Below are positions 9,645 to 19,460 of a stretch of DNA of 62,675 nt, piece after piece. The position numbers were made by a program, and so were the translations under genes. The stretch is from Acidobacteriota bacterium (lineage in GTDB: Bacteria; Acidobacteriota; UBA6911; JACQSX01), in NCBI GenBank assembly GCA_036507075.1, contig DASXQR010000105.1:1-62675 (forward strand). The letters run 5' to 3'. The notes beneath the pieces were generated by a model. The model had not been told where the DNA came from. It worked only from the letters and a program-made list of their open reading frames with translations, and did not search any database. Numbering within the stretch: position 1 is the first letter of the stretch; every line of letters begins with the position of its first letter.

Positions 9645-11285
9645 ATGGCATCGGATGCGCGCCTGACCGTGGAATTGCTGATGAAGGCTCTTCGGGGACT
9701 GGTTCTCGAAGGGGTCGACGTGGGTGCCGATCGGGAACAGGTTATCGAAGACCTGGCCCATCGAGCGCTCAGCGGCCTCGGACTGTCGATCAAGTATCTC
9801 CTGGCAAAGAATGCAGAAGCAGTCGTAAGCGGCCTGGGAACCTTCTCGCTGCGGAACGGCCAGATTCTCTACCAACCGGATGATGATCTGTTGGAATACG
9901 TGCTCTTGTCCGAGCCGAATTCAGAACGCCGCTCGGTGCTGACCGCGATGGAGCTGATCCGAAACCTGGAAACGGCCGCTTCGCTGATCGGATTGGTGCG
10001 AGAGCATTTGGAGACGCTTCAGATCCCGGCGCAGCCCCGCACCACTGATGAAGAGATGATGCTGACCGCCTTTGGTGAGGTGCCTGCGAAAAGACTGAAA
10101 AGTTCAGTAGAACGCCTCCTGGCCGACATTATGGTGCAGTTCAAAGCCGCCGGGGCTCCACTGAGTCTTGGCACCCGGCAGCCGTCGGCCGGATCGGGGG
10201 AGACGATCCCCTCCGGCGCCGAAGTTTCGATTCAACAGGATTTTGCCGGCAGCAAAGCTATTCCACCCGCCGACGCTGCGGCCCCTGCGTCATTGCCACG
10301 GTTTGAACGAGATAATCCTGCCGCCGGGTCCGTTTTGAGTGATGCGAATACCGGAGCCGGCTTAAAAGGCTCTGCGAATCCACCGCCTTCGGTGGCACAT
10401 CTGTCTCCCGAAACCGCCACCCCCACTATGGCAAATGCCCCGTCTCGGGAAGCGGCACAAAACGAGTCGATGGGGCAGTTTTCTTCCACTCCGCCGGAAT
10501 ACCGTGCCGGTCATCCCATTGACGTAAAGAATATGGACGCAGCCGAGATATTGCGAATATTGCGTGAGGACCCAGTTGAGGTCTCGATGCCGGCGGTCAA
10601 ACAGAGCTCGGAGTCCGTCGTGTCCAAGCCCCCTGTTAACCCCCTCGAGCAACAGGCAGCCCGTCCCTCTGGCGAATCGGTGGGGATCAGCGCATCGCAG
10701 CCGGAACGGGCCGCACCGCCGCCGGCGGAGTTCACCGGTATCACCGAGTTTCCGGATTTCGCCGTCGGCCATGATGCCGCCTCCGGCTACTTTGCACCGA
10801 TAAGCCAGCCGGCGGCCGAAACTCGAAACGTTCAGGAAGCTCGAAATCTTCCGGTGGAATCTCCTGCTTCATCCAGGAATGTGGTGGCTTTCCCGGACAA
10901 AGAAACTGCGCGCCATGTGTCAGAGCGCGAAGAGCAGCCGGCTGTCCAGCAGGCTCAATCCGGGCATCGCGCCGATCCGCGGGTACCATCTAAGGGTACC
11001 GTTATGACCGTCAAGGACCTGGACAGCCTGTTCGAACAGTCGCTCAACGTTCTTAATCCCGTACACTCGGGCGAACCTGCTAAAGACCCTGCTCCCCCCG
11101 AACCACCGGCTGGAGATCTGCCCCTGTCCCTGCGTGCACACGAGGCTTTGAGAAGAACCGGGATCGCTACTCTGCCGGCGATTCTGCGCTTGAGTCAGGC
11201 AGAGCTGGTCGCCGCAGTCGGTATGGAAACAGCCGAAGAAATCAAAAACATGCTTCAGATTCGGGGTCTGGCCCTGCGAAGCTGA
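9645..11285 (+). CDS. Hypothetical protein: HU-like N-terminal motif, long Pro/Ala/Glu/Ser linker, C-terminal RNAP alpha-CTD-like domain
   Basis: VVSGLGTFSLR near the N-terminus; C-terminus DLPLSLRAHEALRRTGIATLPAILRLSQAEL...GMETAEEIKNML...GL. Confidence 0.75.
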   Translation: MASDARLTVELLMKALRGLVLEGVDVGADREQVIEDLAHRALSGLGLSIKYLLAKNAEAVVSGLGTFSLRNGQILYQPDDDLLEYVLLSEPNSERRSVLTAMELIRNLETAASLIGLVREHLETLQIPAQPRTTDEEMMLTAFGEVPAKRLKSSVERLLADIMVQFKAAGAPLSLGTRQPSAGSGETIPSGAEVSIQQDFAGSKAIPPADAAAPASLPRFERDNPAAGSVLSDANTGAGLKGSANPPPSVAHLSPETATPTMANAPSREAAQNESMGQFSSTPPEYRAGHPIDVKNMDAAEILRILREDPVEVSMPAVKQSSESVVSKPPVNPLEQQAARPSGESVGISASQPERAAPPPAEFTGITEFPDFAVGHDAASGYFAPISQPAAETRNVQEARNLPVESPASSRNVVAFPDKETARHVSEREEQPAVQQAQSGHRADPRVPSKGTVMTVKDLDSLFEQSLNVLNPVHSGEPAKDPAPPEPPAGDLPLSLRAHEALRRTGIATLPAILRLSQAELVAAVGMETAEEIKNMLQIRGLALRS

Positions 11286-11462
11286 ACCGCCAAGAACGTG
11301 AACCGCCAAGAGGCCAAGAACGCAAAGGACCGGATTTCAGATTACGGAATGAGATTTGAAGTAATCGCACGTGTGTGGCGAGAGACCGTCGCTGAGAAAA
11401 TCTGATCCTTGGCGTTCTTAGCGTTCTTGGCGGTTCAGTTCTTGGCGCTCTTGGCGGTTCAG
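11282..11462. repeat. Self-nested nonamer (AACCGCCAAG) palindrome
   Basis: Two left termini (11282, 11299) and two right termini (11437, 11462); the terminal TGA is the stop of both flanking genes. Confidence 0.9.
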
Positions 11463-12643
11463 ATGCCGCCGCCATCGATGAATCCAATATCCATTTCCAC
11501 GTCCAGGCGCTTGAGGCTTAACTCCTGGGCCTGCGAGGTGAGGTCCTGCAGGCGTGTAGCCGCATCGCCGGGCGCATCTTCAGCCCGGCCTTTTGCCGTC
11601 ACCCGCACCATGTGGGGCCGGGAGAAGTTGATCATGTACCCACCGCGCAGCTTGTCGTGCCATGCTGGCTGCGTTTCCCCCGACGCTGAGGTGGCACGGG
11701 TAAGCAGAACATGCTCGCCTGCTTTTTCCACATGCCACAGATATTCCCAGAGCGTCCACGAGTAAGGAGCCTGCGGGCCGACGAGTGCGGCGCGGTCCCA
11801 CTTCCTTCCGCCGTCCGCGCTGACTTCCACCATCCTGACCGGATCCTCGCCGGCCCATGCAATGCCTGAAATTCGATTCACACCGGGCTGCAACTCGGCT
11901 CCTTCCCGCGGGCGGATAATCTCGGATTTGACCGCAATGCGGGTAATCCTTGAGGTCCGCACCGCGGCGCCTGAATCCTGTTTCCGGATGGTATATTTTC
12001 TTGCTTGGAAGTAACCCTCATAGGGGTAATCCAGCACCTCGAGACGGCAGATCCACTTGACCGAGCAGACGCCGTACCAGCCTGGGACCACCAGTCGCAC
12101 TGGAGCGCCGTGACTGGGCGAGAGCGGCTCGCCATTCATCCGGAATGCAAGCAGCGTGTCCGGGTGCAGGGCCTTCTGAATCGGCAGCCCGCGTGCAAAG
12201 CGCATTACCTCGGGGTGATCCGGTTCTGTGCCGCTGTCGGCTCCCTCGCAGAGCACCTCGAGCGCGTCCGTCAAAGTCGAAGACTGCTCCAGCACGGCCG
12301 ACAACGGCACGCCGCTCCACTCGGCATGGCCGATGGCGCCCGCCCCCCACTGCACTCCCTCTTCGGAACGGAGAAAGGATCGCCCGTTACCGGCGCACTC
12401 CATGGTGGCAAAGACGGTGTGCTCGGGCAATTCCATCAGCTCTGGCAGCGTCCAGGTTCGCGCTCTGCGCAGGTGACCGTGCACCTGCAGCCTCCACTCA
12501 TCGGGATCTACAACGGGCTCTTCAAAGTGATTCCTTACAAAAAACAGGCTGTTCGGTGTCACCCAGGAGCGTATTTCGGGCAGCGGAGTTTCGCTGTTTT
12601 CCGGATTCTGTGTAACGATGGGCCTTTTAATGGGAGTTTTCAT
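11459..12643 (-). CDS. Sulfite oxidase family molybdopterin oxidoreductase
   Basis: FFVRNH, MECAGNGR, HGAPVRLVVPGWYG, SVKW; C-terminal dimerisation domain (GIAWAG, VEVSADGG..W). Confidence 0.92.
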   Translation of the reverse strand: MKTPIKRPIVTQNPENSETPLPEIRSWVTPNSLFFVRNHFEEPVVDPDEWRLQVHGHLRRARTWTLPELMELPEHTVFATMECAGNGRSFLRSEEGVQWGAGAIGHAEWSGVPLSAVLEQSSTLTDALEVLCEGADSGTEPDHPEVMRFARGLPIQKALHPDTLLAFRMNGEPLSPSHGAPVRLVVPGWYGVCSVKWICRLEVLDYPYEGYFQARKYTIRKQDSGAAVRTSRITRIAVKSEIIRPREGAELQPGVNRISGIAWAGEDPVRMVEVSADGGRKWDRAALVGPQAPYSWTLWEYLWHVEKAGEHVLLTRATSASGETQPAWHDKLRGGYMINFSRPHMVRVTAKGRAEDAPGDAATRLQDLTSQAQELSLKRLDVEMDIGFIDGGGI

Positions 12644-12931
12644 GCCAGTATACGAGCACCGGCATCGGCGGGCTCTCCGCGCCATAAATCCGGTGAGGAT
12701 CCAATTTATCCAAAGACCTTCAGTCTTGTCGATGTCTAGTTCATCTTTTATTGTCACACCTCTAGCTACCGTAGATCCGGCGCTTTAGCGGGCTATTGCG
12801 CGGGCGGCTCTCCAAACAGGTCAGAGCCCGAGCGCAGCGAGGCGAAGAGGGGCGTCCCGATCACAATTCTGATCACGCTACGAGTTATACTGGCGTGGGC
12901 AAAAACGGAGTGAGGCTTGCCTGGAGGAGCG

Positions 12932-13771
12932 ATGCGGCACACCGTACTGGTCGTGGATGACGACAAAAGCCTTCAGGTTCACCTGCGTTCCGTGCTGGAG
13001 AAAAAAGGCTTCCGTGTGTTATCGGCGCTGGATGCGGAAGAAGGACTAAAAGTCCTTTCCGCAGAGAATGTTGATGTTGCGCTGCTGGATATCTGGATGC
13101 CGGGCATGAACGGCCTGGAAATGCTCGAACGTCTGCGGCAGCGCAACCTTGCCGTGCAGGTGATTGTGATGTCGGGCGCCGGCACCCAGGAAACAGCTCT
13201 GAGCGCGTTGCGCGCCCGTGCGTTCGATTTTCTGGTCAAGCCATTCTCCCCGCAAGATCTGCTTTCCGCAGTGCAAGCCGCGCTGGATTTTCATAAGAAA
13301 GGCGGAATCGAAGTGTTGTCAGCGCGGCCCGAATGGATTGAGCTGCGAATCGCGTGTCACCTCTCGGCCGTCGAGCCGCTGGAGAGGATAATGGTGCAGC
13401 TTACAGCCGCGCTTCCCGCCGATGCGCGCGAAAATATGGCGTTCGCGTTTCGTGAGATGTTGCGCAACGCGATCGAACACGGCGGGAAGAATGACCCGGA
13501 GCGGTATGTTCAAGTGGCCTGTCTGAGAACACCCCGCCTGATCCTGTATCGGATAAAGGATCCGGGCGAAGGCTTCAGCCCGGAGCTGCTGCCGCATGCG
13601 GCACTGGCTGAAAACGTGGATCCGATCCAGCACCAGCGCGTGCGTGAGAATTTAGGCCTGCGTCCGGGAGGCCTGGGAATTCTGCTGACGCGGATGATGG
13701 TCGATGAGATGATCTACAACCAGTGTCATAACGAGGTCGTGCTCATCAGATATCTTGACTCAAAGCATTAA
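12932..13771 (+). CDS. Response regulator receiver fused to RsbW-like HATPase (anti-sigma kinase) domain
   Basis: VLVVDDD, LLDIWMPGMNG, FLVKPF; EMLRNAIEHG, IKDPGEGF, GGLGI; GGAGGA RBS. Confidence 0.88.
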   Translation: MRHTVLVVDDDKSLQVHLRSVLEKKGFRVLSALDAEEGLKVLSAENVDVALLDIWMPGMNGLEMLERLRQRNLAVQVIVMSGAGTQETALSALRARAFDFLVKPFSPQDLLSAVQAALDFHKKGGIEVLSARPEWIELRIACHLSAVEPLERIMVQLTAALPADARENMAFAFREMLRNAIEHGGKNDPERYVQVACLRTPRLILYRIKDPGEGFSPELLPHAALAENVDPIQHQRVRENLGLRPGGLGILLTRMMVDEMIYNQCHNEVVLIRYLDSKH

Positions 13772-13797
13772 GATTTTCTAATTTTCAAATCTTTGCG

Positions 13798-14442
13798 ATG
13801 AGAGCCTTGCTTTTAGTAGACATTCAAAATGATTTCATTCCCGGTGGCGCCCTGCCTGTTCCAAGAGGGGAAGAAGTCGTGCCTGTAACAAATCGACTGC
13901 AGCCGTTCATGGACCTGGTGATCGCGACTCAGGACTGGCATCCGCCGTCGCACGGCAGCTTTGCCGTCAATCATCCCGGGAAAAAAGCAGGGGATGTGAT
14001 CGATCTGAACGGCATTTCGCAGATCTTATGGCCGCCCCATTGCGTTCAAAATACGCATGGCGCTGAATTCCATCCATCACTCTCGCTGGAGCGTATCGTC
14101 CGGGTATTTCGTAAAGGGACAGACCCGGGAATCGACAGCTACAGCGGGTTCTTCGACAATGGTCATCGAAAGTCGACCGGTCTTGAGAATTACCTCAGGG
14201 AGAAAGCGGTCAGCGAAGTCTATCTCGCCGGTCTGACGACAGAATACTGCGTCAAGTACACCGCGCTGGATGCCCGCAAGCTCGGCTTCTCAATCTGGAT
14301 TGTTCTGGATGGTTGCCAGGGGCTGGAGGCGCGGCCGGGGGATCAGGCGAACGCTCTCGAGGAGATGAGAAATGCCGGCGCGCGCATCGTTCAAAGCGAG
14401 CAGGTGATCCGCCGAGATCGGTCTCGCAGCACCCTGGTGTGA
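13798..14442 (+). CDS. pncA: Nicotinamidase/pyrazinamidase
   Basis: [37 protein letters not shown]. Confidence 0.95.
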   Translation: MRALLLVDIQNDFIPGGALPVPRGEEVVPVTNRLQPFMDLVIATQDWHPPSHGSFAVNHPGKKAGDVIDLNGISQILWPPHCVQNTHGAEFHPSLSLERIVRVFRKGTDPGIDSYSGFFDNGHRKSTGLENYLREKAVSEVYLAGLTTEYCVKYTALDARKLGFSIWIVLDGCQGLEARPGDQANALEEMRNAGARIVQSEQVIRRDRSRSTLV

Positions 14443-15950
14443 GCGTGGAATCGTTTCGGCGCAATATTTATCAAACGTCGCTTGCTCTACTTACCGATCT
14501 TTACCAGCTCACCATGGCGTACGGTTACTGGAAGGCCGGAATGGCGGAGCACCAGGCTGTCTTCAATTTGTACTTTCGCAAGCACCCCTTTCAAGGAGGT
14601 TTCTCGATTGCGTGCGGATTGGAGCAGGCGATCGAGTACATTCAAAAATTCAAGTTTGACGAGAGCGATCTGTCTTTCCTCGCGAGGCTCTGCCCTGCCG
14701 ATTCAAAGCCGCTTTTCGAACCGGCGTTCGCAGCGTTTCTGAGAGAGCTGAAACCAAGGTGCGACGTGGATGCCATGCCGGAAGGCACGGCTGTTTTTCC
14801 TCACGAACCGCTGTTGCGTGTCACTGGGCCACTGGCTTTTTGTCAAATCCTGGAAACGCCATTGCTCAACATAATCAACTTCCAGACGTTGATCGCGACC
14901 AAAGCGGCACGAATCTGCCTGGCAGCGGATGGAGATCCGGTTCTGGAGTTCGGACTTCGTCGCGCCCAGGGACCCGACGGCGGAATCAGCGCCAGCCGCG
15001 CAGCGTTCGCCGGCGGCTGTGCCGGCACTTCAAACCTGCTCGCGGGCAAACTCTTTGGCTTGCCGGTCAGGGGAACCCATGCTCACAGTTGGGTAATGGC
15101 ATTCGATACGGAGGAAGAGGCATTCCAGAAATACGCCGAAGCGATGCCGGACAACTCGATTTTTCTGGTGGACACGTACAAGACCATCGAGGGTGTGCGC
15201 AATGCCATCAGAGCGGGCGCGTGGCTGCGAAGCAAAGGGCATCGGTTGGCAGGCATTCGTCTGGACTCGGGAGATCTGGGCGCTTTGAGCATCCAGACGC
15301 GCCGCATGCTGGACGATGCGGGCTTCCCTGAGGCTTTGATTGTGGCCAGCGGCGATTTGGATGAATACGGCATCCGCAAGCTGAAACTGGAGGGAGCAAA
15401 AATCGACGCCTGGGGAGTCGGCACGCGACTGGTAACGGCTTTCGATGAGCCGAGCATGGGCTGCGTTTACAAACTGGCTGCGCTGCGTAAGCCGGGTGCG
15501 CCTTGGAAACCGAAGTTGAAGATTTCTGACGGATCTGAAAAGAGTTCAATACCCGGCATCCTGCAGGTGCGGCGTTATCGAACCGGCGGCCAATACTGCG
15601 GTGATGTGATCTTCAATGAAATGGATCCCCCGGGCCGGAAGATCGACGCAGTCGGATTGAAAAAGCCGGAAGCGCGTGTCTCGTTCGACGAGCGGGACGT
15701 TTTTGAAAACCTTCTGAGCCCCGTAATGCGGGACGGGTCCATCATTGCTGAGCTTCCGGAACTGGTGCAAATCAAGGACAGGACGCAGCGGCAGTTGGAA
15801 TGTTTAAAGCCGGAAGTCAAACAGTTCACAGGAGCCGAAGTTTATCCGGTTGGTTTGGAACAGCGGTTACACGAACTGAGAGCCCTTCTTATGGAAGTCG
15901 GAAAGTCGAAGGTCGAAAGTCGAAGTCAAAGGTCGATAGTTGAAAGTTGA
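14439..15950 (+). CDS. pncB: Nicotinate phosphoribosyltransferase
   Basis: [47 protein letters not shown] overlap with the pncA stop; last ~15 aa are encoded by the repeat array. Confidence 0.95.
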   Translation: MSVESFRRNIYQTSLALLTDLYQLTMAYGYWKAGMAEHQAVFNLYFRKHPFQGGFSIACGLEQAIEYIQKFKFDESDLSFLARLCPADSKPLFEPAFAAFLRELKPRCDVDAMPEGTAVFPHEPLLRVTGPLAFCQILETPLLNIINFQTLIATKAARICLAADGDPVLEFGLRRAQGPDGGISASRAAFAGGCAGTSNLLAGKLFGLPVRGTHAHSWVMAFDTEEEAFQKYAEAMPDNSIFLVDTYKTIEGVRNAIRAGAWLRSKGHRLAGIRLDSGDLGALSIQTRRMLDDAGFPEALIVASGDLDEYGIRKLKLEGAKIDAWGVGTRLVTAFDEPSMGCVYKLAALRKPGAPWKPKLKISDGSEKSSIPGILQVRRYRTGGQYCGDVIFNEMDPPGRKIDAVGLKKPEARVSFDERDVFENLLSPVMRDGSIIAELPELVQIKDRTQRQLECLKPEVKQFTGAEVYPVGLEQRLHELRALLMEVGKSKVESRSQRSIVES

Positions 15951-16240
15951 AAGTTGAAGTCAAAGGTCGAAGGTCGAAACTCGAAAGTCTGAAGGTCAAA
16001 AGCCAGAAGCCGAGCCAGCCGTAGACGGACACATTGCATTCACCGCAGAGCCGCAAAGAACGCCGAGTTTACGCAGAGTTTCATCACACCCTCAGCGAAA
16101 CTTGGCGTTCTCGGCGGCTCTGCGGTGAACATAGTGTATTCTGTTCCGATTTGGGCAACACGCCCTTACGCGCGCGGCGCGGCTTCGGATCCAGAATTCA
16201 GCCTTTCGACTTTCGACCTTCAGACTTTCGACTTTTAGAC
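15895..16240. repeat. Three-layer nested palindrome: GTCGAAA arrays / degenerate REP / CACCGCAGAG nonamer arms
   Basis: Outer 15895-16003 / 16203-16240; middle gaagccgagcc / ggcgcggcttc; inner 16039-16078 / 16091-16129. Confidence 0.9.
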
Positions 16241-16992
16241 TAAGATTTGGGTTTGTCGGCGGGGGACGCCGTGGGTTGCAACTCTTTTAATCCGGCCTTG
16301 GCACCGTCGCGCGCCCGCTCCAGATTTTCCTCTGCTCGCCGCACTGCCTTGTACAGGTCTATGTCCTTGTCTTTCTGGGCATTTTCCTTCAGGTCATGCA
16401 ACACGCCGAAATCCTGGGCGGTGTAAGTTTCCAGTACCTGAAGGGACTTCAGAATTTCCTTCGGGTCGCTGCGCTTGTACTGAACCCGCTCGTCGATGTT
16501 TGTCATGATGGCGCCCAGCGACTGCGAAATGCCGTTTACCAGATTTGGCAGCGTGTGAAACTCGAGCGGGTTCTCCGGTTCCTTGGGTTCCGCCTTGGTC
16601 TTTGGCTCCTTGGAGATCCTCTTTTCCAGCCAGCGCGGCATACCGCGCTTCTTTTCTTTGTCCTCCGGGACCTTGATGTCGTATTCTTTGCCTGACCGCC
16701 GGCCGATTTCGCGAATTCGATCTGTGGCGATGCGCAGATATTCCCGTGTTCTTGGCAACAGTTCCTGAGCCTCACGGATTCGGTCCGCCTCGCCCTCGGT
16801 CAGATAATCGCCGCGCTGGGCGTGCGAGGGGGATGCCAGAGCGCCGAACGCTACCCACAGGCCGAGCAAGCGAAGCGCGAGAAAAGATGCGGCCTGGCGT
16901 CGCATCCTCAAGGCGCGCGGGCGCGGCGACGGGCGGGCGAAAGTCCGCTCCGCCAGCGATACCGTTTTCTCCTGGTTGTCCTCGCTGCTCAT
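16240..16992 (-). CDS. Hypothetical exported helical protein
   Basis: Hydrophobic segment then QRGDYLTEGEADRIREAQE; downstream of argS; start uncertain. Confidence 0.7.
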   Translation of the reverse strand: MSSEDNQEKTVSLAERTFARPSPRPRALRMRRQAASFLALRLLGLWVAFGALASPSHAQRGDYLTEGEADRIREAQELLPRTREYLRIATDRIREIGRRSGKEYDIKVPEDKEKKRGMPRWLEKRISKEPKTKAEPKEPENPLEFHTLPNLVNGISQSLGAIMTNIDERVQYKRSDPKEILKSLQVLETYTAQDFGVLHDLKENAQKDKDIDLYKAVRRAEENLERARDGAKAGLKELQPTASPADKPKS

Positions 16993-17023
16993 GGCTTTTC
17001 CTTTGGGCAACTGCGACGGTGTC

Positions 17024-17482
17024 CTATTTCGATTTCAAGAAATCTTTGCCAAAAACCAACTGGAGAATGAAGACGCGAACCGAATCTGTGTGCGCGATCG
17101 ACTTCTCGAAAGCCTCCAGTTGGTCTGCCGTGGCGTTCACCTTGAAATTCTCAAGATCCTCTTTGGCATTGCGCATTTGAATTTCCAGCTTTCTCAGGCC
17201 TTTGGACTTGCTCTTATTGCCGGAAGCTTTGTCGATATCGTCGTGGACCATCTTCAGAAACTCGTCGTAATCGCTCAGGATTTTGACGAATTGATTGATG
17301 TTGCCGGCCTTGTTCGCGTGCTCAAAGTCCTTCCGATACCGCTTAACAACTTCGTCAAAGAAACTCATCCTGTCGCCAAAGTCGCTCTTTTGAGCGTACT
17401 GGGAGCGTTCCTTGTCAGTCAGGGGCGTGACAGGGGCTGCAACGGCCTGCAGCGCGAAAAGGACAAAAGACAGAAAGATCAT
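17024..17482 (-). CDS. Hypothetical secreted helical protein
   Basis: Signal peptide, 152 aa, starts 2 bp after the argS stop. Confidence 0.75.
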   Translation of the reverse strand: MIFLSFVLFALQAVAAPVTPLTDKERSQYAQKSDFGDRMSFFDEVVKRYRKDFEHANKAGNINQFVKILSDYDEFLKMVHDDIDKASGNKSKSKGLRKLEIQMRNAKEDLENFKVNATADQLEAFEKSIAHTDSVRVFILQLVFGKDFLKSK

Positions 17483-17484
17483 AG

Positions 17485-19437
17485 TTACATTTTCGCCGGA
17501 ACTTCAATTCCAAGCAAATCCAATAACCGGGTAAGTGAATCCCGGGTCATCGCCGCCACTGCGAGGAGCAATTGCTGGGCCTTTTCATCCGGTTCAGAAA
17601 GAATATGATGCTTGTGATAAAAGAGATTGAATTTCTGCGCCAGATTAAAAGCATGTTTCGCGATCGCCGCTATTTCCAGACTATCGACGGCCTGGCGCAC
17701 GGTCTGATCCACCCGGCCGTTGAGAAGCAGCAGCTCCCAGACCGCTTCGCTCTGCAACAGTAACCGTGCTGCTTCACTAAGCACGCCCGAATCCGAACGG
17801 CAGAAGTCGTCGACCGCCTCCTTCCAACCAGGTTTTTCAGCTTCAAGTTTTCTGAAGATATTGTTCGAGCGGACCGCGGCATATTGCACGTAGGGTCCCG
17901 TCTCGCCCTCAAAACTGAGTGCCTCCTGAAAATCGAAAGCGATTACGGAATTGCGCGCAAACTTTGCCAGGAAATATCTCAACGCGGCGACGGCAATCTG
18001 ACTTGCATTTGTTTCCGCCTCTGCCGGGTCTTCGAAATTCTTACGGCGATCCACTTCTTCGCGCGACTTTAACAACAGACGGTCCAGAAGATCGTCGACC
18101 TTTACGCCCAATCCCTTCCTGCCTGAGACCTCGACATAGGGACGCGAGGCATCTTCCGGCGACAGTTGGATTCCCATCTCGGCGCAGCATCGAGGCGAGA
18201 GAGCCACTACTTGGTAGGAGAAATGAATTGAATTGTCCGCCTCACGGTTGAAATTCAGCGCGCGTAATCCTTCGATTACCACTTTTTGCAGATACGATTG
18301 TCGTGAGTCGATGACGTTATACACCCGGCTTGCCTTTCCGAAGTCCGGGGCTCCGTTTCGGGATTGCAGCGTGGTTATCCATGCCTGATGGCCGTCGGGA
18401 TAAGAATAAAAGGGCACATAGTGGAAGTCTTTTCCGAGAAGGCCGAATTTCCACATTTGATAGGCGATATCCTTGCCGACGTAGGTGACCGTTCCATTGG
18501 ACCGGACGATGATCTTGGCGTCGGGGAGGGAAGCATCCGATTCGGGCCCGAATTTCATAATCCAGCAACCCTTCTGCGGTCCATCCGAGGCATACTCAAT
18601 CGCGCCACGCTGTTTCAGCAACTGAAACGCCTTGTCCCAGAACCTGAGATGCAGGATTTCGCTTTCGCGCGGCAGCAGATCATAACGCGCGTTGATGCGC
18701 TGCATGGTGCGCAGGTGCGCTTTGACGATTTCCGTGGAAACGTAATCGGCAATAGAAGCCGTTGGCGCCACTCCGTGTTCAATTTCGTGAAGCGTGTGCT
18801 GTCGAAGCGCCAATCGCTCCGCCTCACCCTGATACCATTGGGAAACTTCCGCATAAAGATCCCAGCAGTAATAGTCGAACTTGTTTTTGATGCGTTGGAT
18901 CTGATCCAGCGTCATGCGGCGCAAGTGCATGAAGCCGACCACCACATCGGCGACCTGTACTCCGGTGTTGTCAATGTAATTCTGGGTTTCCACGTTGTGG
19001 CCCAGAAATCGGAGCATGCGAACGAAGCTGTCTCCGATGACAGCATTTCGCAGATGCCCGATATGGGCCGCCTTGTTGGGATTGATGTTTGTGTGCTCTA
19101 CAATCACTTTCCCGCCGTCTGGAGCTGCCTGCGACCGGGGTTGTGTCTGGCCCTGCAGGAACGCCCAACGATCAAGGAAGACATTGATGTATCCCGCCCC
19201 GGCAGGTTCCAGTCTTGCCACGCCGCGAGGCGTTTTCATCTCGGCAACGATCTCCTGGGCGATCTGGCGCGGGGCTTTTCTCAGTTTTTTGGCCAGCTCG
19301 AATGCAAACGGGAACGCCAGCTCCCCGAACTCCAGGTGCGGCGGATTCTCGGCGATGAGATTGTCGATCTCCAGTTGGTAACGGTTCCGCACATGTGCCC
19401 GGAACGCGTTTTGCAGCTCTTCAATCACTTTCAGCAT
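17485..19437 (-). CDS. argS: Arginine--tRNA ligase
   Basis: EHTNINPNKAAHIGHLRN (HIGH), GETGPYVQYA, GIEVPAKM. Confidence 0.96.
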   Translation of the reverse strand: MLKVIEELQNAFRAHVRNRYQLEIDNLIAENPPHLEFGELAFPFAFELAKKLRKAPRQIAQEIVAEMKTPRGVARLEPAGAGYINVFLDRWAFLQGQTQPRSQAAPDGGKVIVEHTNINPNKAAHIGHLRNAVIGDSFVRMLRFLGHNVETQNYIDNTGVQVADVVVGFMHLRRMTLDQIQRIKNKFDYYCWDLYAEVSQWYQGEAERLALRQHTLHEIEHGVAPTASIADYVSTEIVKAHLRTMQRINARYDLLPRESEILHLRFWDKAFQLLKQRGAIEYASDGPQKGCWIMKFGPESDASLPDAKIIVRSNGTVTYVGKDIAYQMWKFGLLGKDFHYVPFYSYPDGHQAWITTLQSRNGAPDFGKASRVYNVIDSRQSYLQKVVIEGLRALNFNREADNSIHFSYQVVALSPRCCAEMGIQLSPEDASRPYVEVSGRKGLGVKVDDLLDRLLLKSREEVDRRKNFEDPAEAETNASQIAVAALRYFLAKFARNSVIAFDFQEALSFEGETGPYVQYAAVRSNNIFRKLEAEKPGWKEAVDDFCRSDSGVLSEAARLLLQSEAVWELLLLNGRVDQTVRQAVDSLEIAAIAKHAFNLAQKFNLFYHKHHILSEPDEKAQQLLLAVAAMTRDSLTRLLDLLGIEVPAKM

Positions 19438-19460
19438 AGAAGAGTCTATTTATACCACGT

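Noticed and set aside
12644..12931. Possible Moco riboswitch or ncRNA upstream of the sulfite oxidase
   Set aside because: Could not match conserved motif elements by eye; an Rfam cmscan would be needed.
14313..14438. Long 5' extension of pncB overlapping pncA
   Set aside because: No family motif; GTG at 14439 gives a typical 4-bp overlap.
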